Of a stretch of DNA of 64,000 nucleotides, positions 1-13,669 are shown one piece after another. Origin of the DNA: Camelus ferus. Its lineage: Eukaryota. The stretch is from assembly GCF_009834535.1 (NCBI RefSeq), contig NC_045696.1, positions 58,654,001-58,718,000 of the forward strand, read 5' to 3'. Below the pieces are notes generated by a model. The model was not told the DNA's origin and did no database searches. It saw only the letters and a program-made list of their open reading frames with translations. Positions within the stretch are counted from its first letter, which is position 1, and each line of letters starts with the position of its first letter. The translations under genes and the position numbers were made by a program.

Positions 1-687
1 GGCGTGAGGCCCACTATCCATGCCTTCAGAGGCCCTGGAACCGCCTCTGACCAGCACCAGCCTCTCATCCATGATCTGGTCTGGTATTCTGTGACGGCCC
101 AGGGGATGGAGAACACAGCAGAAAGTGGTCCCTGACATAGGACTCTGCAAAGGCTCAGAGTGTCACTCAAAGCCACAAAGGCTGGGAAAGGACGCCAGAG
201 TGTAAACAGGGACTAATGAACGAATGTGTCCTTCACTGCTCCATGCACTGGGGGCCACATATGTCCCAACGTGGAAGAGTCCTCTTTCCAGAGCCCTGGG
301 GGTGACCCAGAGCTGTCTGCAAGCCAGTTGGGATCCAGACTCATTCTCTTATCACTCTGACCAACCTCATCAGGAAAGTGACTCTGTGGCACCAAATTTG
401 CTCCCCTAAATACAAAGTCTACAAATTCGGGGGTCTGGGCAGTGTTACCAGTAAGCCTCACCACCCCCATCCACTGATGGAGGGCTTGCTGCCTTGTGAC
501 CAGTGACACTATGGAAGCATCTCTGAGAGTACGACCGGGGCCGACATGGGTGTGAGGACACAAAGCCACAGCCCGCAGGGCCCCTGCTCACCAGTTCCCA
601 ACAGTGAGCTCAGCCCAGCAGGGCACACGGCAGCAACGTGCTTGTGCCTAGGGGTCAGCAAGTCCTTGATCACAGCACCCTACCTCA

Positions 688-942
<255 letters not shown>

Positions 943-1939
943 TCAGAGGGCTGCCTGAGTGAGTCCTGAGGGCCCCACACAGCTGCTGGGGAGGGGACAA
1001 AGAGAGATGACACTGGTGGCCTCTCCCAGCTAGCCCAGAGATGCAGGAGGGGACAGCCCTCCTCTCTATCTCCCTGCACCCTCACTCCCACCCAGGAGGA
1101 AAGGGGGGTGCCAGCGCATGAGGCCTGGGCATGTGTGGCTGTCTGAGGTCATGCAGATGGGGCCCGGTGCCCCCAATCTGAGTCACCTCTCAGATCTGCC
1201 TCGTTTGACTCCTGAGCAGCCCCCTCAAGATAGCTGGGCCCAAGAGGGGGACTTTGGTTCATCTGCTCTGAAGGTGTTTCAGGCCCTTGTGGCGGGGATA
1301 CAGAGGTCTCACTTTCCAACCCCATACACTGGGGAATCCTACCCTAAGCCCTTCATCCCAAGGGAGTTCTTTGGAAGGGACAGACTAAAGAGGCCGAGGG
1401 AGGAGAGAGAGGGAGGCACAACCGGTAAGCATCTCTGGAAACCCCTCACCTTGTCCCTGCCAGCTCCTTCATCCTCGGGCCCCCATCAGGTGCCCAACTG
1501 GTCCCTGCATTGTGGGCTATGATCTTTTATCTGTTCCTGAGATTGAACACGTCTTCCTTTTTTCTCATAACAGACTCCCAGAGGGGAGGCCCTAGGGCTG
1601 GAATGTGTAAGGGCCCCTGGAGTTTTTCCTAAAATGGACACCACAATTTAGTGACTCTCGTGTGCTGAGATGCTCCTGGTGGCTGGGCACGGGGCTGGGC
1701 TTTGGACCTGCCACCTCACTGAGTCCCCCAGGCAGTCCTGAAGGAGGGCTGGTGTCCCAACCCCACAGACGAGGAGGCCAGGCCTCAGGGAGGAGCCACT
1801 GACAGCTTGGCGGGGAACGCTTCCCCACGGCCTGTGCTCCCTCCTCTGATCCACGGGGCTCCTGGGGCTCCAGGCCAATGGTCTCAGTTTAAATTAGAAC
1901 GTAGAACTAAACATATTTAGTGTGTGGGTGTGCATTAAG

Positions 1940-2430
1940 CATGTCTTTTCATTCTGATACCTGACATTTGGGGCCTTACTGACCTGGGGAGCCTGCCCCT
2001 CTAAGGCCAGCCAGTTCCAAGTGATAGTCAACCACTCACTTAGAGTCCGGAGCCCCCTTACCTGCGTCGGGCTCTGACACCTGGACCACTACTCCCCTGC
2101 CTGAATCAGCCCAGGGACAGGGGCCGTGTAACTCAGGACTGTCCTATGCCACAGAGCCCGCTGACATTATTCAAATTAGCCAACGCCAAGCCTGCGTACC
2201 CTCTCTCTCCTGTTCCTTCTGGCAGAAACCACAGTATGGGCTCTTACCCACACTTCTCCTCATTCAGGCTCCTGACTGATCCCCACACTTCCCTACGTGC
2301 CCCACCCCATGGCGTAATGTGCCCTCTCCTCTCAGAAACTGTGAGTAACAAACTGTCTTCAGTAGCAGCTGTCTCCTGGTCTGTTGGCCTCACCATACTT
2401 GGATAATGATAATATCTACATTTTGAAACA
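1940..2430 (+). mobile_element. Solo LTR, MER74-like (ERVL)
   Basis: Blocks such as tgacatttggggccttactgacc, cctatgccacagagcccgctgacattattcaaattagccaa and gaaaccaca resemble the MER74 consensus as recalled. Ends ...ttgaaaca. Homologous to 62220-62747. Confidence 0.75.
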
Positions 2431-2435
2431 GTTGG

Positions 2436-2590
2436 ATACTGTTCTAAGCACTTTACATGTATTAATTCATGTAAGCCTCACAACCACCCTACAGAGCTGG
2501 AATCCTCTTTTATAGGTAAGAAAACTGAGGCACAGAGAGGTTGAGTCAGCTGCCCAAGGCCACACAGGCAACCTGGCTCCACAGTCCAGG
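2436..2590 (-). mobile_element. MIR SINE
   Basis: ctaagcactttacatgtattaattcat...gaaaactgaggcacagagaggttgagtcagctgcccaaggccacacag is the MIR core. Confidence 0.8.
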
Positions 2591-3949
2591 AGATGAGCCA
2601 ATAAATATTATGCTGTCTGTTGGCCCCACAGTCATCTTAAACCAGTGAAAAGCACAATTCACTGGTCTGGCATTGTCTATGGGGCAGAGGGAGGTGGAGG
2701 GTAGGTGTGGCAAGTAAAGGACTCCATCAAGAGAGGACGCACTCGGCAGTTCCACACCAGCTCCCGCGAGGGGAAGTGAAAGAGGCTGGGCCACCAAGGA
2801 GCTCCTCCCAGGGCTTGGGCCAGGCTGCGTCACCTCCCAGGAAAAGTATGAGAGAGCAGTTCCCATCCCCAAGCCCAGGGTTGTTTCCCGGCATCCTGGC
2901 TCCTCCAGCCACTCTGACCCCAGCCCAGATCAGCAAAGACAACCACAAGAGGAAAGCCAAAGAGAGCAGAGAAGTTGGGGGAGCTGATGAGAGAGGAGAC
3001 CAGTGAAGGGGAAAGAAGTAACGCTGAGGGGGAGGTGGGGGAGGAGAGACCGCTGGTCAGCCCACGGGCCTCAGAACTCAGACGAGCTGCTCCAGAGTGG
3101 CAGCCACGGGGCAGGGACTTGGAAGATGAAGGGAGCCAGAGTCTCCATCAAGCTTTGAGGCCTGGTGGCTGGTGCAGCAGACAGGCTCAGCGCCCCACCC
3201 GGAGAGGTCTGTGGACACCCATGCTGGTGACAGAGGAGCATGTGAGGGGGAGCGGCCATGCTCCCCCCGCTGACCCCTACTCCTTAAGTAAGTCCACACC
3301 CCACCCCAAGCCACCTGTCACCTCCCGGCCTCTCAGTCTCTCAGGCAGCCGCCCGGCCCCACCCAGGAGGAAGGGAAAGGTCTCTCCCAGTCTTTGTAAA
3401 AGCACCCTTACATAGCTGCCCTAGAAATTCTTCTTTAACTCTAAGGAAATCAAAGCTAAGGGAAGCTAGGGTCAAGATCGGCTGCTCACGAGTCAAAGAA
3501 CTCCTCCAGCAAGAATCAGTATTTCAAATGCAAAGCCGACAGACACCAGGCCCAAGGGGCTGTTCCCGCTGGGTCCCTGGCGACGCAGCAGATGCCTGGC
3601 TTTGGGGGCTGATGTGGCGCTATGGTAGGAAGGGAAAAATACCCAAACCTGGCAGAGGCAGGATTGCTACTGGGCAGGGTAACCCACAGCACCAAGCCCG
3701 GGAGGAGAGGGGAGGAAGAAGAGAATGGGCTGCCCCCAGAAAAACGAGGCAGATGCGTGTGGACCAGGACTCGGGGGCCTCGCTTCACTGAGCTCTGAGC
3801 CCCGTACCTGCCAGAGCCACTCAGCGGGGACACCTCTGCCTGCCCTCTATGGACACGGGGCGGGCTGCGACCCTGCTCTCCTCCACAGGGGGCCTCACCG
3901 GGCCTGGGAGAGCACTTTCCCCTACTGCAGCTCTCAGCCCGCTAGACCA

Positions 3950-4118
3950 GAGACTCTCAGACCCGGCGTCCTTTAGAATGACCTGGGAGCTTTCCTACGG
4001 AGAGGTCCCGGAGCCTCATCCCCAGAGATTCTGACTTAATTGTCCTGGGGTGGGGCTTGGCTATTGATTGTTTTTGTTCTGTTTTGATTTATTTTAATCT
4101 TTCCTGGTAATATGCAAG
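3950..4118. mobile_element. MER5-like hAT-Charlie fragment
   Basis: ttagaatgacctgggagcttt...ccccagagattctgacttaattgtcctggggtggggc resembles MER5. Confidence 0.55.
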
Positions 4119-4119
4119 T

Positions 4120-4430
4120 TTAAATGTCAGCTTCTCAAGGCTTCCAACACCCTATTTAAATTTACAACCCCTCCCATAGGGCCATCTCCCTTCCCTGCTG
4201 TCTTTTTCTCCATTGCACTTTTCACCATTTAATACATTATTTTTGTTGCTGTTACTGTTGTTATTTATTATGATGCTTCTGTCTGTCTCTCCCCCCACTA
4301 GAATGTAAAGTCTCGGAAGGAGGGATCTGGGACTATCCCTTTCAGGGCTACATCCCAGCACTCAGCACAGTGTCTGGCACACAGAGCACTTGCTCAATAA
4401 AATTTTCAATTGAATGACTGAGTGAATGAG
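4120..4430 (+). mobile_element. L2 LINE 3' end
   Basis: ccccactagaatgtaaag...agcacagtgtctggcacacagagcacttgctcaataaa...tgaatgactgagtgaatga is the typical L2 terminus. Confidence 0.75.
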
Positions 4431-4518
4431 GACAGGTCCCACTGCCCTTGCCCTCTGTTCTATCCACCCCCCTCTGCACACACACACCTCGCGCAATATC
4501 CAGCACATAGCAGGTGTC

Positions 4519-4965
4519 TGTATTAGTTTCCTAGGGCTGCTATACCAAGTCACCACAAACTGAGTGGCCTAAAACAACAGAAGTGTATTCTCTCATGTTT
4601 CTGGAGGCTAGAAGTCTGAAATCTAGGTGTCAGAGGGCCCTGCTCCCTCTGAGACTCTGGGTAGACTCTTTCCTTGCCTCATCCTAGCTTCTGTGGGTGG
4701 CTGCCGATCCTTGGCCTTCCTTGATGGCCACTGCGTCATTCTAATCTTTGCCTCCCTCGTTACACGATGCTTTCCCCATGCGTTTCTGTCTTCACACAGC
4801 ATTTTCTTCTTCTTACGCAGACACTACTTAATTGGATTAGGGGCCCACCCTCATGACCTCTTAACTTGATTTCATCTGCAAAGACCCTATTTCCAAATAA
4901 GGTCACCTTCACAGGTACCAGGGGTTAGGACTTCAGCGTATCCCCTAGGAGGACACAGCTCAGTA
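4519..4965 (-). mobile_element. MaLR solo LTR (MLT1B/C-like)
   Basis: Begins tgtattagtttcctagggctgct...accacaaactgagtggcctaaaacaacagaa and contains aagaccctatttccaaataaggtcaccttcacaggtaccaggggttaggacttcag. Confidence 0.85.
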
Positions 4966-7481
4966 TATATTTGAACTCAGTGTCTAACATATATTTGTTG
5001 AATGGAAGAGACTATTCTTAGTTTAAAGTAAGGAAGAGTCAGGACCAGTTACTCCAGGAGCTCTTCCTTCTACCCCACCCACTGGACCTCCTGGGGTCCC
5101 AAGCATGCCATCTGAGATGCGAGCCTGGGGAGCCTGGCACCCAGCAGACGCCCAGCAGTGTTCACAGAGCAAAAGGTGGGACGGTTATGGGGGCCAGGCA
5201 GCCTCCGGGTCTGTGCTGGAGACGTGAGAAACAGCGCCCGTGTGGAAGGGGCCTCTGGGCGCCTTAGAATGCCTGAGCCTCCATCCAGTCTGCTGCCAGG
5301 ACCGACTCTTCTGTAGAAGGAGTTCTTTCAACAGCTGCCAAGGAATTAGGGATGGGTAGGTGGCTGGCCCTCTTCCTTCAGGTGGTGTGACAGTGACCAG
5401 CGGCCAGGGAGGAGGTGGCTCAAAGCAAGGCGTCTAACTTGTGTGGAAGCTTAGACAGGTCCCAGCTCTGAACCCTGCAGTGTCTCCCACACACTTATGG
5501 GAACTCTGCCACCTCTACGTTCCCCTCTCCTCCTGCCAGAGGCGAAGTCACACTCCTCTGCTGCCTCGGGGGAGGATTCTGCTTAGCGACTGTCACTTCT
5601 GGAGGCTCCTCTGTGTTACAAGGTTTACCCAAAGGCAGGCTGTCTATTCTGCGGGCCAAGACTTCCTGCTCTGCTCCTCGGTCATGCCCAAGGCCATTTC
5701 ACAGCAGCACAGGGCCCAGACTTGCAGGAAGGTACTAATTCATCGATTAGCTCCCACTTGAGAGCTCATCTTGGCAACGCAATCAGGGCCTCGTGGAGGG
5801 CGCGCAGAAGCTGGGGAGGCCCACTCCCGCTATGCGCTCCTCCCTAATTGCTTTCCATCCATCACTCATGGTCCATGCTGCTCCAGAGGCAAGAGCAGGC
5901 AGGCTCTTCATCCCAGTGACCACGGCAGGCCCTCAGCTCTTGTTGCAGCTTCAGCTCAGACTCACCATGTGCGTTTCTGGTTAAGCGCATATCCTCACTG
6001 CTGCTCCCTGTCGCTGCCAGCAGGCCCCAGGACTTGACAGAGCTTCTGGATAGCCAGGAGCTGGGTTCGCCAGGGGGCTGGGTGGCAACAGCACAAGGAC
6101 CTGCCCCTCTGAGCTCCTGCATTCCTCGTCTGGCATGGACAGGAAATTCAAGAAATGCCAAGAGGCAAACCATCTATCTGTCCACGGGGGCCCAGGAGGC
6201 ACAGGGACCTGGGAAACAGAGGCCCTGGGGTGGGGAGCCCTGTGGTAGCTGAAGGTCCTGGTGAAGCAGGGCAGGAAGAGCCCCAGAGGCCCCCAGTGTG
6301 TAGCCTGGGGAGGCCCAGCCACAGGCCAGGGGTCTCTTTTGGACCGACAGGGCTGTTCCCTCAGCATCCCTCCATTTGCTCCAAGCTGTACAACCTGGAG
6401 AGCCACGTGGGTCCACACCCCTTGTACGATAAAGGAGGGGCGGTGGGTCACCCGTGCGCACTAGGAGAGCAGGACAATCAGATGTGGTCCCATCGACACC
6501 TGGCTGAGAATGGACACCAAACCACTGGGTGTTTTCCAAGGGGTGGGGGAATGGATTAGAGCTGGGCATCTGCATGGGGAGCAGCCAGAGGGCCTCCTGA
6601 GGGCACAGGCAGGGAGAGGCCGAAGGAGAAGGCCACGAAGAGGATGCTGAACACGCTGGGTGTCTGAGCACACCTCTACAGGGAGCATCCGTCCTGGGAC
6701 GTCCGTGCCCACTCCACTCTCACGGAGACGGGACCCCTTCCTTCGGAAAGCAGAGGGCCCTGTGACTAGCCTGGCACCTGGCAGGACTGGGTCCAGGGGA
6801 ATCTGGGGTCAAGGTATGACCTGGGATCCCCATGGCCGGCCGCAGGGCCTTCTGCAGACCCCATTCCAACCCCCAGCCCTTCGCTCTTGTTTCTACACAC
6901 CAAATCCTCCTCCCACCACTGCACGGTGAACCCTCATGGCACCCACAGGCTTTCTGTTTACAGAGACTTGTGAGAATTGGGGAAATGCTCCCTAAAGAAG
7001 GAGCGCGGAAGGGAGGGCGCCTGCGCCAGGACCGAGACGTAGTGGTGAGGAGATGGGTACTTTTTGTTTTCTTCTCGTGCTGCTCCTAGTTTCCAATTTT
7101 TCTACAAAGAACATACACCCTTTGTATATACAATAAAAATGTTAATTTTTAAAAGGTCAAAAAAATTGCATTCTTCTTTTAGGCCCTGATTCTAACCCTT
7201 CCATCTTCACAATGTGTTCTTTGACTCACCCTGCCCAGAATCAGCCTTCTTAAGTCTGAATCCTTTTTAGAATTAGCATCACGAAGCACAACTGAGTCCA
7301 GTTGTTTCAAAGACAGCCTGACATGTTCAACTGGTCAGTGCCCCTGCGCCCTGACGGCTCTCCCTTTCTGTTCCCCCCAAGGCCCCCCAGTTGGAGTTCA
7401 GACAGTTGCTGGATCCTTTCCCCACCAGTCCCCATCCTGTGTCCCAGGACAAACTCAGGTCTGTTGTCAAGACCCAACCCC

Positions 7482-8172
7482 ACGCAAGGATGTGAAGAAA
7501 CTGGAAGCTTTGTGTGCTGCTGATGCAAAGGTAATGCTGTGAACCACTATGGAGAACAGTACGGGGCTCCCTAGAAAGTTAGAAATAGAATTATCAAATC
7601 ACACAGCGATTTCACTTCTAGGTATACACCCCAAAGAACTGAAAGCAGGGACTCAAGATGTTTGTACACCCATCCTCACAGCAGCACTATCCACAATAGC
7701 CAAGAGGTGCAAGCAACCCAAGTGTCCACGAACGGATGCCCAGGTAAACAAAATGTGGTCTATGCATACAATGGAATGTGACTGAGCCTTAAAAAGGAAG
7801 GAAAACCTGACGCATTCTATAATATGGATGAACCTTGAAGACATTAAGTGAAATAAGCCAGACACAAAAAGATAAATACTGAATAACTCCACTTATGTGA
7901 GGTACCTGGAGTAGCCAAATTCATGGAAAGTAGAATGGTGTCTGCCAGGGGCTGGCAGGACAGGAGGAATGGGGAGTCAGTGTTTAATGAGTACAGAATT
8001 TCAGTTCCCCAAGATGAAAAAAGCCTCTGGAGACAGAAGGTGGTGACGGTTGCACAACAATGTGAATGTTCTTAATGCCACTGAACCATACACTTAAAAA
8101 TTATTAAAATGGTACATTTTATACTATGTATATTTTACCACAACTAAAATAATTAATTGATTGACTAATTAA
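7482..8172 (+). mobile_element. 5'-truncated L1 (L1MB-like 3' end) with 13-bp TSD
   Basis: L1 ORF2 end and 3' UTR (gcaaggatgtgaagaaactggaa...aaccatacacttaaaaa...tattttaccacaa). Flanked by aagacccaacccc at 7469-7481 and 8173-8185. Confidence 0.9.
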
Positions 8173-9619
8173 AAGACCCAACCCCTGTGGCTCCCCCAAC
8201 AGGGCCAGCTGGGTGCTCAGCCACTATTCCCACGGCACCCGGCCCAGCGGCCCCTCACTGGGGAGGGCTGGGTATTCCCTAAGGGGCAAGCACGCTGTCT
8301 TCTCTGTCTACTCTGAGTCATGCCTGGCACACATAGTAGCAGCTCAGTAAATGCTTGTGGAATGAATGAGATGATAATATAGAGAACACTTTCTCTGTAA
8401 TTGATGTGAGATATGACAAGAATCTTTTCTTAGTGTCAGGTTGGAGACAGGAATGCTGCGTGTTTGTAGACCACTCCTCTCGTTGGTCTGCTGGCTGTGG
8501 ACGTGGGGAGGTAGACATTTTTCCTCTCTGCCCACAGGGTGCACCATCCACCCACGGGTATCTGAGCATCGCGGACATTGTAGCGCGGTCATTATAATTC
8601 AGAACCACGCCACAGCTGAGCCAGACGCCAGGGCGACCTGGGGACACAGCCAAGTCCTTGAAGGAGATGGGAGAGGAGATGATAACCTTAAAAGGGGGAG
8701 GTTCGGGAGAGGCTGGGGAGAGAAGGGAAGGGGGTGCACGGCAGCCCTCCCCAGACCCTGCTACTCCCCACTGTGTACGGAGAAGGCATTACCTCACTTC
8801 CACCCCCAAGTCCGCAGCTTCCCCTCGCTCCAGCCCCCCAGGGCTCCTGGGTCTCTGAGGATGAGGCTCTCCTTCAAGCCAGTGAGCCCAGACCCCCGTG
8901 CTCTATCCTGAACCCCTCCCAAGTTCCAAACAGACGGAGCCCTGCGAGGAAGGTATTTCTTCAGCAGAGGTGCAGCGTCCCCTGGAGGAGGTGGCCTTCT
9001 CTCCATCCCACAGACAGTGGGATCTCTGGAGTGATCCTCCCCACCACCCACAACCTGTAAACCTGAGGGCTCCCGTGTCCTGGCCAGTCAGGTATGGGCC
9101 GTTCTCACTCAGCCAGGACCCTCTCAGCCTGGCTAGGTTTTCCCTGCTCCCTGAAATCTTTGGACTACAGGGTGACCTGACCTTGACTCTTGCCTGGTAG
9201 CCTCCCAGGAGCCTGCTCTGCCTTCACAGGGCGAACAGTCTGCAGCCACCTCCTGGGGCAGGTGCTTTACATACTGCACCCCCTCTACCCTTCTGCTCCC
9301 CTGCAAGAAGCTCCAGGGCCCCCTCTTACAGGCTCTGCTCCTCAGTGGCTTTTGTCACAATTGTAACGGAGTGCCTGAGTGGTGAGTTGTCTAGCATCAT
9401 ACCCTGCTAGAATGCAAAGTCCAGGTCCCCGGGGTCACTACCCCTACTCCCCATGTGATACGTTCCCAATTTACTAAGTAATCCTTGTGTGTGTGCCCTC
9501 CTGAATACAAGGTGAGCTTCCCATTGACAAAGACGTGTCCCCCTCAGTCCCCACCATGGTTCCTGCCTCTAGCTGAGTGTCTGAGAGCACAGCCGGCAGT
9601 TCCCAGCGATGAAGGCAGA

Positions 9620-9770
9620 GGTTAAACCTTTGCTGAACAGATGAGTGGTGGGCATCAGCATTCCCATGTCACAGAAGAGAAAACTGAGGCTCAGACTAGG
9701 TAGCCTGCCCAAGTCCCCACAGCTACTAAGTGGCAGAGCAGGTGTATGAACTAGTCGGCTCAATACAAGC
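9620..9770 (-). mobile_element. MIR SINE
   Basis: cccatgtcacagaagagaaaactgaggctcagactaggtagcctgcccaagtccccacagctactaagtggcagagc. Confidence 0.7.
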
Positions 9771-10664
9771 ACTCATCTTCCTCCACAATGGTGACCTCTC
9801 TGCAAGAGTGCCCACTGGCACGGGGTTCCGGCTGCGTCAGTGCGTTTACTTTGCCTCCCCCTTGTGGTGCCTTCGCTGGGCGGCCCCTCCCTCTAATCCC
9901 TGTCTCCCTCCTCCCAAGGCCGGGCACGGAGGTGCCGGCTCAGAGCAGCCTCTGCTGGCATGTCCTGGAGGCCCTTGTCCCAGGTGTGGGGACTGCACGG
10001 CCTCCTCTGCCCTTGACGCTGCAGCTGCAGGAGGGGCAGGGGTCTGGGAGGAGGTGAGGGCAAGCCGGGGGGCTCTCAAAGCCCCAGGTCTGAATCAGGC
10101 AATGACCCCAGGGCCCAGTGACTTGTTCAACCAGAGAGGCTGAAACATCTCCACCTGTCACCACGCATCAGATGGGAGAGGCATCTGGGGGACCCACAGG
10201 GGTCTCAAGGGTTCCTTGGCCTTTGGCCTGCCTCAGCCCACAGGTGGTAACTCAGCACCAGAGCATTTGACAGGCCCCCCAGAATCCCGGGGGTTATGTG
10301 CTGTGCAGTAATTCTCCTCATGGCCTCAGGGCCAGGGGAGAATGAGGTCACGGAGCGTGGGTGCCTGTCTGTCACCCTTCCTCACCCAGGCCAAACTTTC
10401 CTGCCACCCATTAGCCTCTTCCCTTCCTTAGGGCCAGGCCCAATCTGTCACACAGCAGAGATGATTTATTTTTCTTGTGGCCTTGCTCTCAGTGGGGTTA
10501 GAGAACAGCATGTCATCACCCTCTCTAAATATTACAACTCCACAGAGAGTTGACGAATGTGACTCATCACCCTTCCACTCCAGCTCGAGAATCCCCAGGC
10601 CTTTCTTTGTTGATAGGGAGTGCGATAATAATCATAATAATAACAGTAACAACAATAAGAGCTG

Positions 10665-10880
10665 CTCTCAATTAGCGAACACTTGTTTTGTGCCAGATAT
10701 TGTCCTAAGCACTTTCCTCACATTATTTCATTTACTCTTTACAACCCTGTTAACTAGGTACTCTTCCTATTTTGTCACGCAGATGAGGATACTGAAGTTC
10801 AGAGTGGCTCAATGCCTGTAACTTGCCCTGGTCACACAGCAGAGTCAGGATGACATGCAGGGCTGCCTAACTCAGGGCCC
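10665..10880 (-). mobile_element. MIR SINE
   Basis: tgtgccagatattgtcctaagcactt...cagatgaggatactgaagttcagag...aacttgccctggtcacacagc. Confidence 0.7.
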
Positions 10881-12247
10881 CAGGGCTAGTCACTGGAACA
10901 CAAGCCAAGCCCCAAAGTGCATTTCTACACTGTGATGTCATCCCTCCACCTACTACTCAACCCCCAACCCAAGCCAAAGGTTCAGCCCCAAACCAGAGAC
11001 CAGAGCAAACAATGTGTTTCCATCAAGAGCTGCACCCAGCGAGTGGGGCGGCGGCTGATGAAACAGGGAAAGGGGCTCCAGCGGGAGATTTGCATATGAT
11101 TGCTTGCGGCTGGCCTCTGATGTGAACCAGCCACCCCTAGTTCTGGCAATTTCAGAGTCAGAATTACATCTATCCCCATGCAAATGATGGCATCTTGGCT
11201 TTTCCCTTTCATCTCTTTCCTGATTGCTGTCATTGATCCTGAGCACATTCTAGAACAGCAATACCCCCACTGTGGCTGGGGTCTGACTCTGGCCGTGCAG
11301 ATCCTCAGGCCACTCTGTGATGAGGGTACTGCTCTTTTATTGACCCAAAGCCGCAGCCTCAGTGGGAGCAGAGGGAGGGAGGGGGTGCCACCCTGGGCTG
11401 GGCCACTCACTGGGGAAGAGGCCTGAGACTGACCTCTGCTGGAGGGCTGGGGGCCCAAGAGCCAGCAACAGAAGGCTGGGCATTGAGACGATGCCCGCCC
11501 TGTGGGAGGACAGAGGGGTAAGAGGGCCACGTTCTGGGAAGACACAGAGGTGGCCAGATGTGCTGGAAGTGCTGGCCAAGCCAGGCTGAGAACCTGCGCC
11601 CTGAGTGCAGGACGGTTTCTGAAGGGCAACTTTCCTGGATTTAACTTTTGTGTTCCAATTTATAGTTAAATAAATCCGCTGGAAGCTCTGCTAAGAGCAA
11701 TCAAGGAAAGACCTTTTGTCCATGCTCTGTCTGGAACAGAGCAATGCCAGGGCCAGTGGGGTGGTGAAGACAGGACCACGAGAGAAAATTCCAGAAGGGT
11801 GGAGCTCAGGGGTATATAAGTGTTGGGACCACCTGGCAGGTCCCTCCTTTCCAGCTGAACCTTGGGCCTCTGGGATTTGTTCTGATGAAGAAGGCTGTTT
11901 CTTTACACGTCCTAAGGTGGGGATATTATTCCATTTAACGTCTTTATGGAAAATTCAACCCAAACCTCCAAAAGGTTCTCTTTACACCAGTCTTAGAGGA
12001 CTGTGGGTCCTAGGAAAATGCTCCCAGGGAGAAAGTAACCCCTCAAAGGCAAACACAGCAGCTCCTCTTCTGGGCACGTGGGAGGATTATCGGCTTTCCA
12101 GGAGCCATGCTGGATGAAGGCCACTGCATCGCCTCGTGTCCCCGTGGAGTATGCAGAAGCAGATTTTGCACTCTATTAATCTACATCTGCTTGCACGTCC
12201 CTGCTGTCAGCACTTCTGTCTAGGGCAGCAGCAAACAGGCAATAAAA

Positions 12248-12450
12248 AGAGCATGGGCTTTGGAGTGGGCCGACCTGGGGGCACCCTGGCTTTACCATTC
12301 CTGACTGAGTGACCTTGGGCAAGGGTCTCAGCCATCCCCATACAAAGGATGCTGATAAGGGTCCCTACCCTGCAGGGCTGTCAGCCTCCTGATAGGATTA
12401 GTAATAAGGTGGATAATGCCTGGTACAGTGCCTGGCACACACTAGCTTAG
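12248..12450 (+). mobile_element. MIR SINE
   Basis: agagcatgggctttggagt...gacctggg...gtgaccttgggcaag...acagtgcctggcacac. Confidence 0.65.
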
Positions 12451-12804
12451 AAGGTATGGAAACTGCTGTGAAGATTGAGATGATGATGGTGACATTTGGG
12501 CCCCACATTTGTGCTTTCTGTCTCTCTTGTTAGGCTAGGAGTTTCCCCAATAGCTGGTGGTGTGGCTTTCTTCTTCCTCCTCCTTCCTTCTACATCCTCT
12601 CCCTCAGCCTCACCTCCTCCCACCAGTACCAAATCACTTAACAGACCTAAAGGGGTAGGGCTGGGGCACTCCAGACAACACACATTCCAAAGCCACCAGA
12701 CCACTCTGTTGGGCTGTGTCCTCTTGAAGGGGAGGGAGGGGGGATGTCATCTCCTTTGGGGTTTGGTCTTCCCACCCTGGCCTCGCCCCCCAGCCTCAGC
12801 CCTA

Positions 12805-13560
<756 letters not shown>

Positions 13561-13669
13561 TTTCCACATTAGGGAATGGTGGTCCAGATGCCCCCAAAGC
13601 AGGTGACCTTCACACCCAATGTCTTACTACCACCATCTGACATCAGGCCCACTCACCCTCCCTGATGTT

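Noticed and set aside
4584..4589. Loss of the poly(A) signal (AATACA) in the sense-oriented MaLR LTR as evidence of selection
   Set aside because: Single case, and both antisense MER74-like LTRs have also lost AATAAA, so neutral decay explains it.
10982..11629. 215-aa minus-strand ORF in intron 3
   Set aside because: Non-ATG start and no adenylate cyclase or other similarity. Exons 3 and 4 already join in frame without it.
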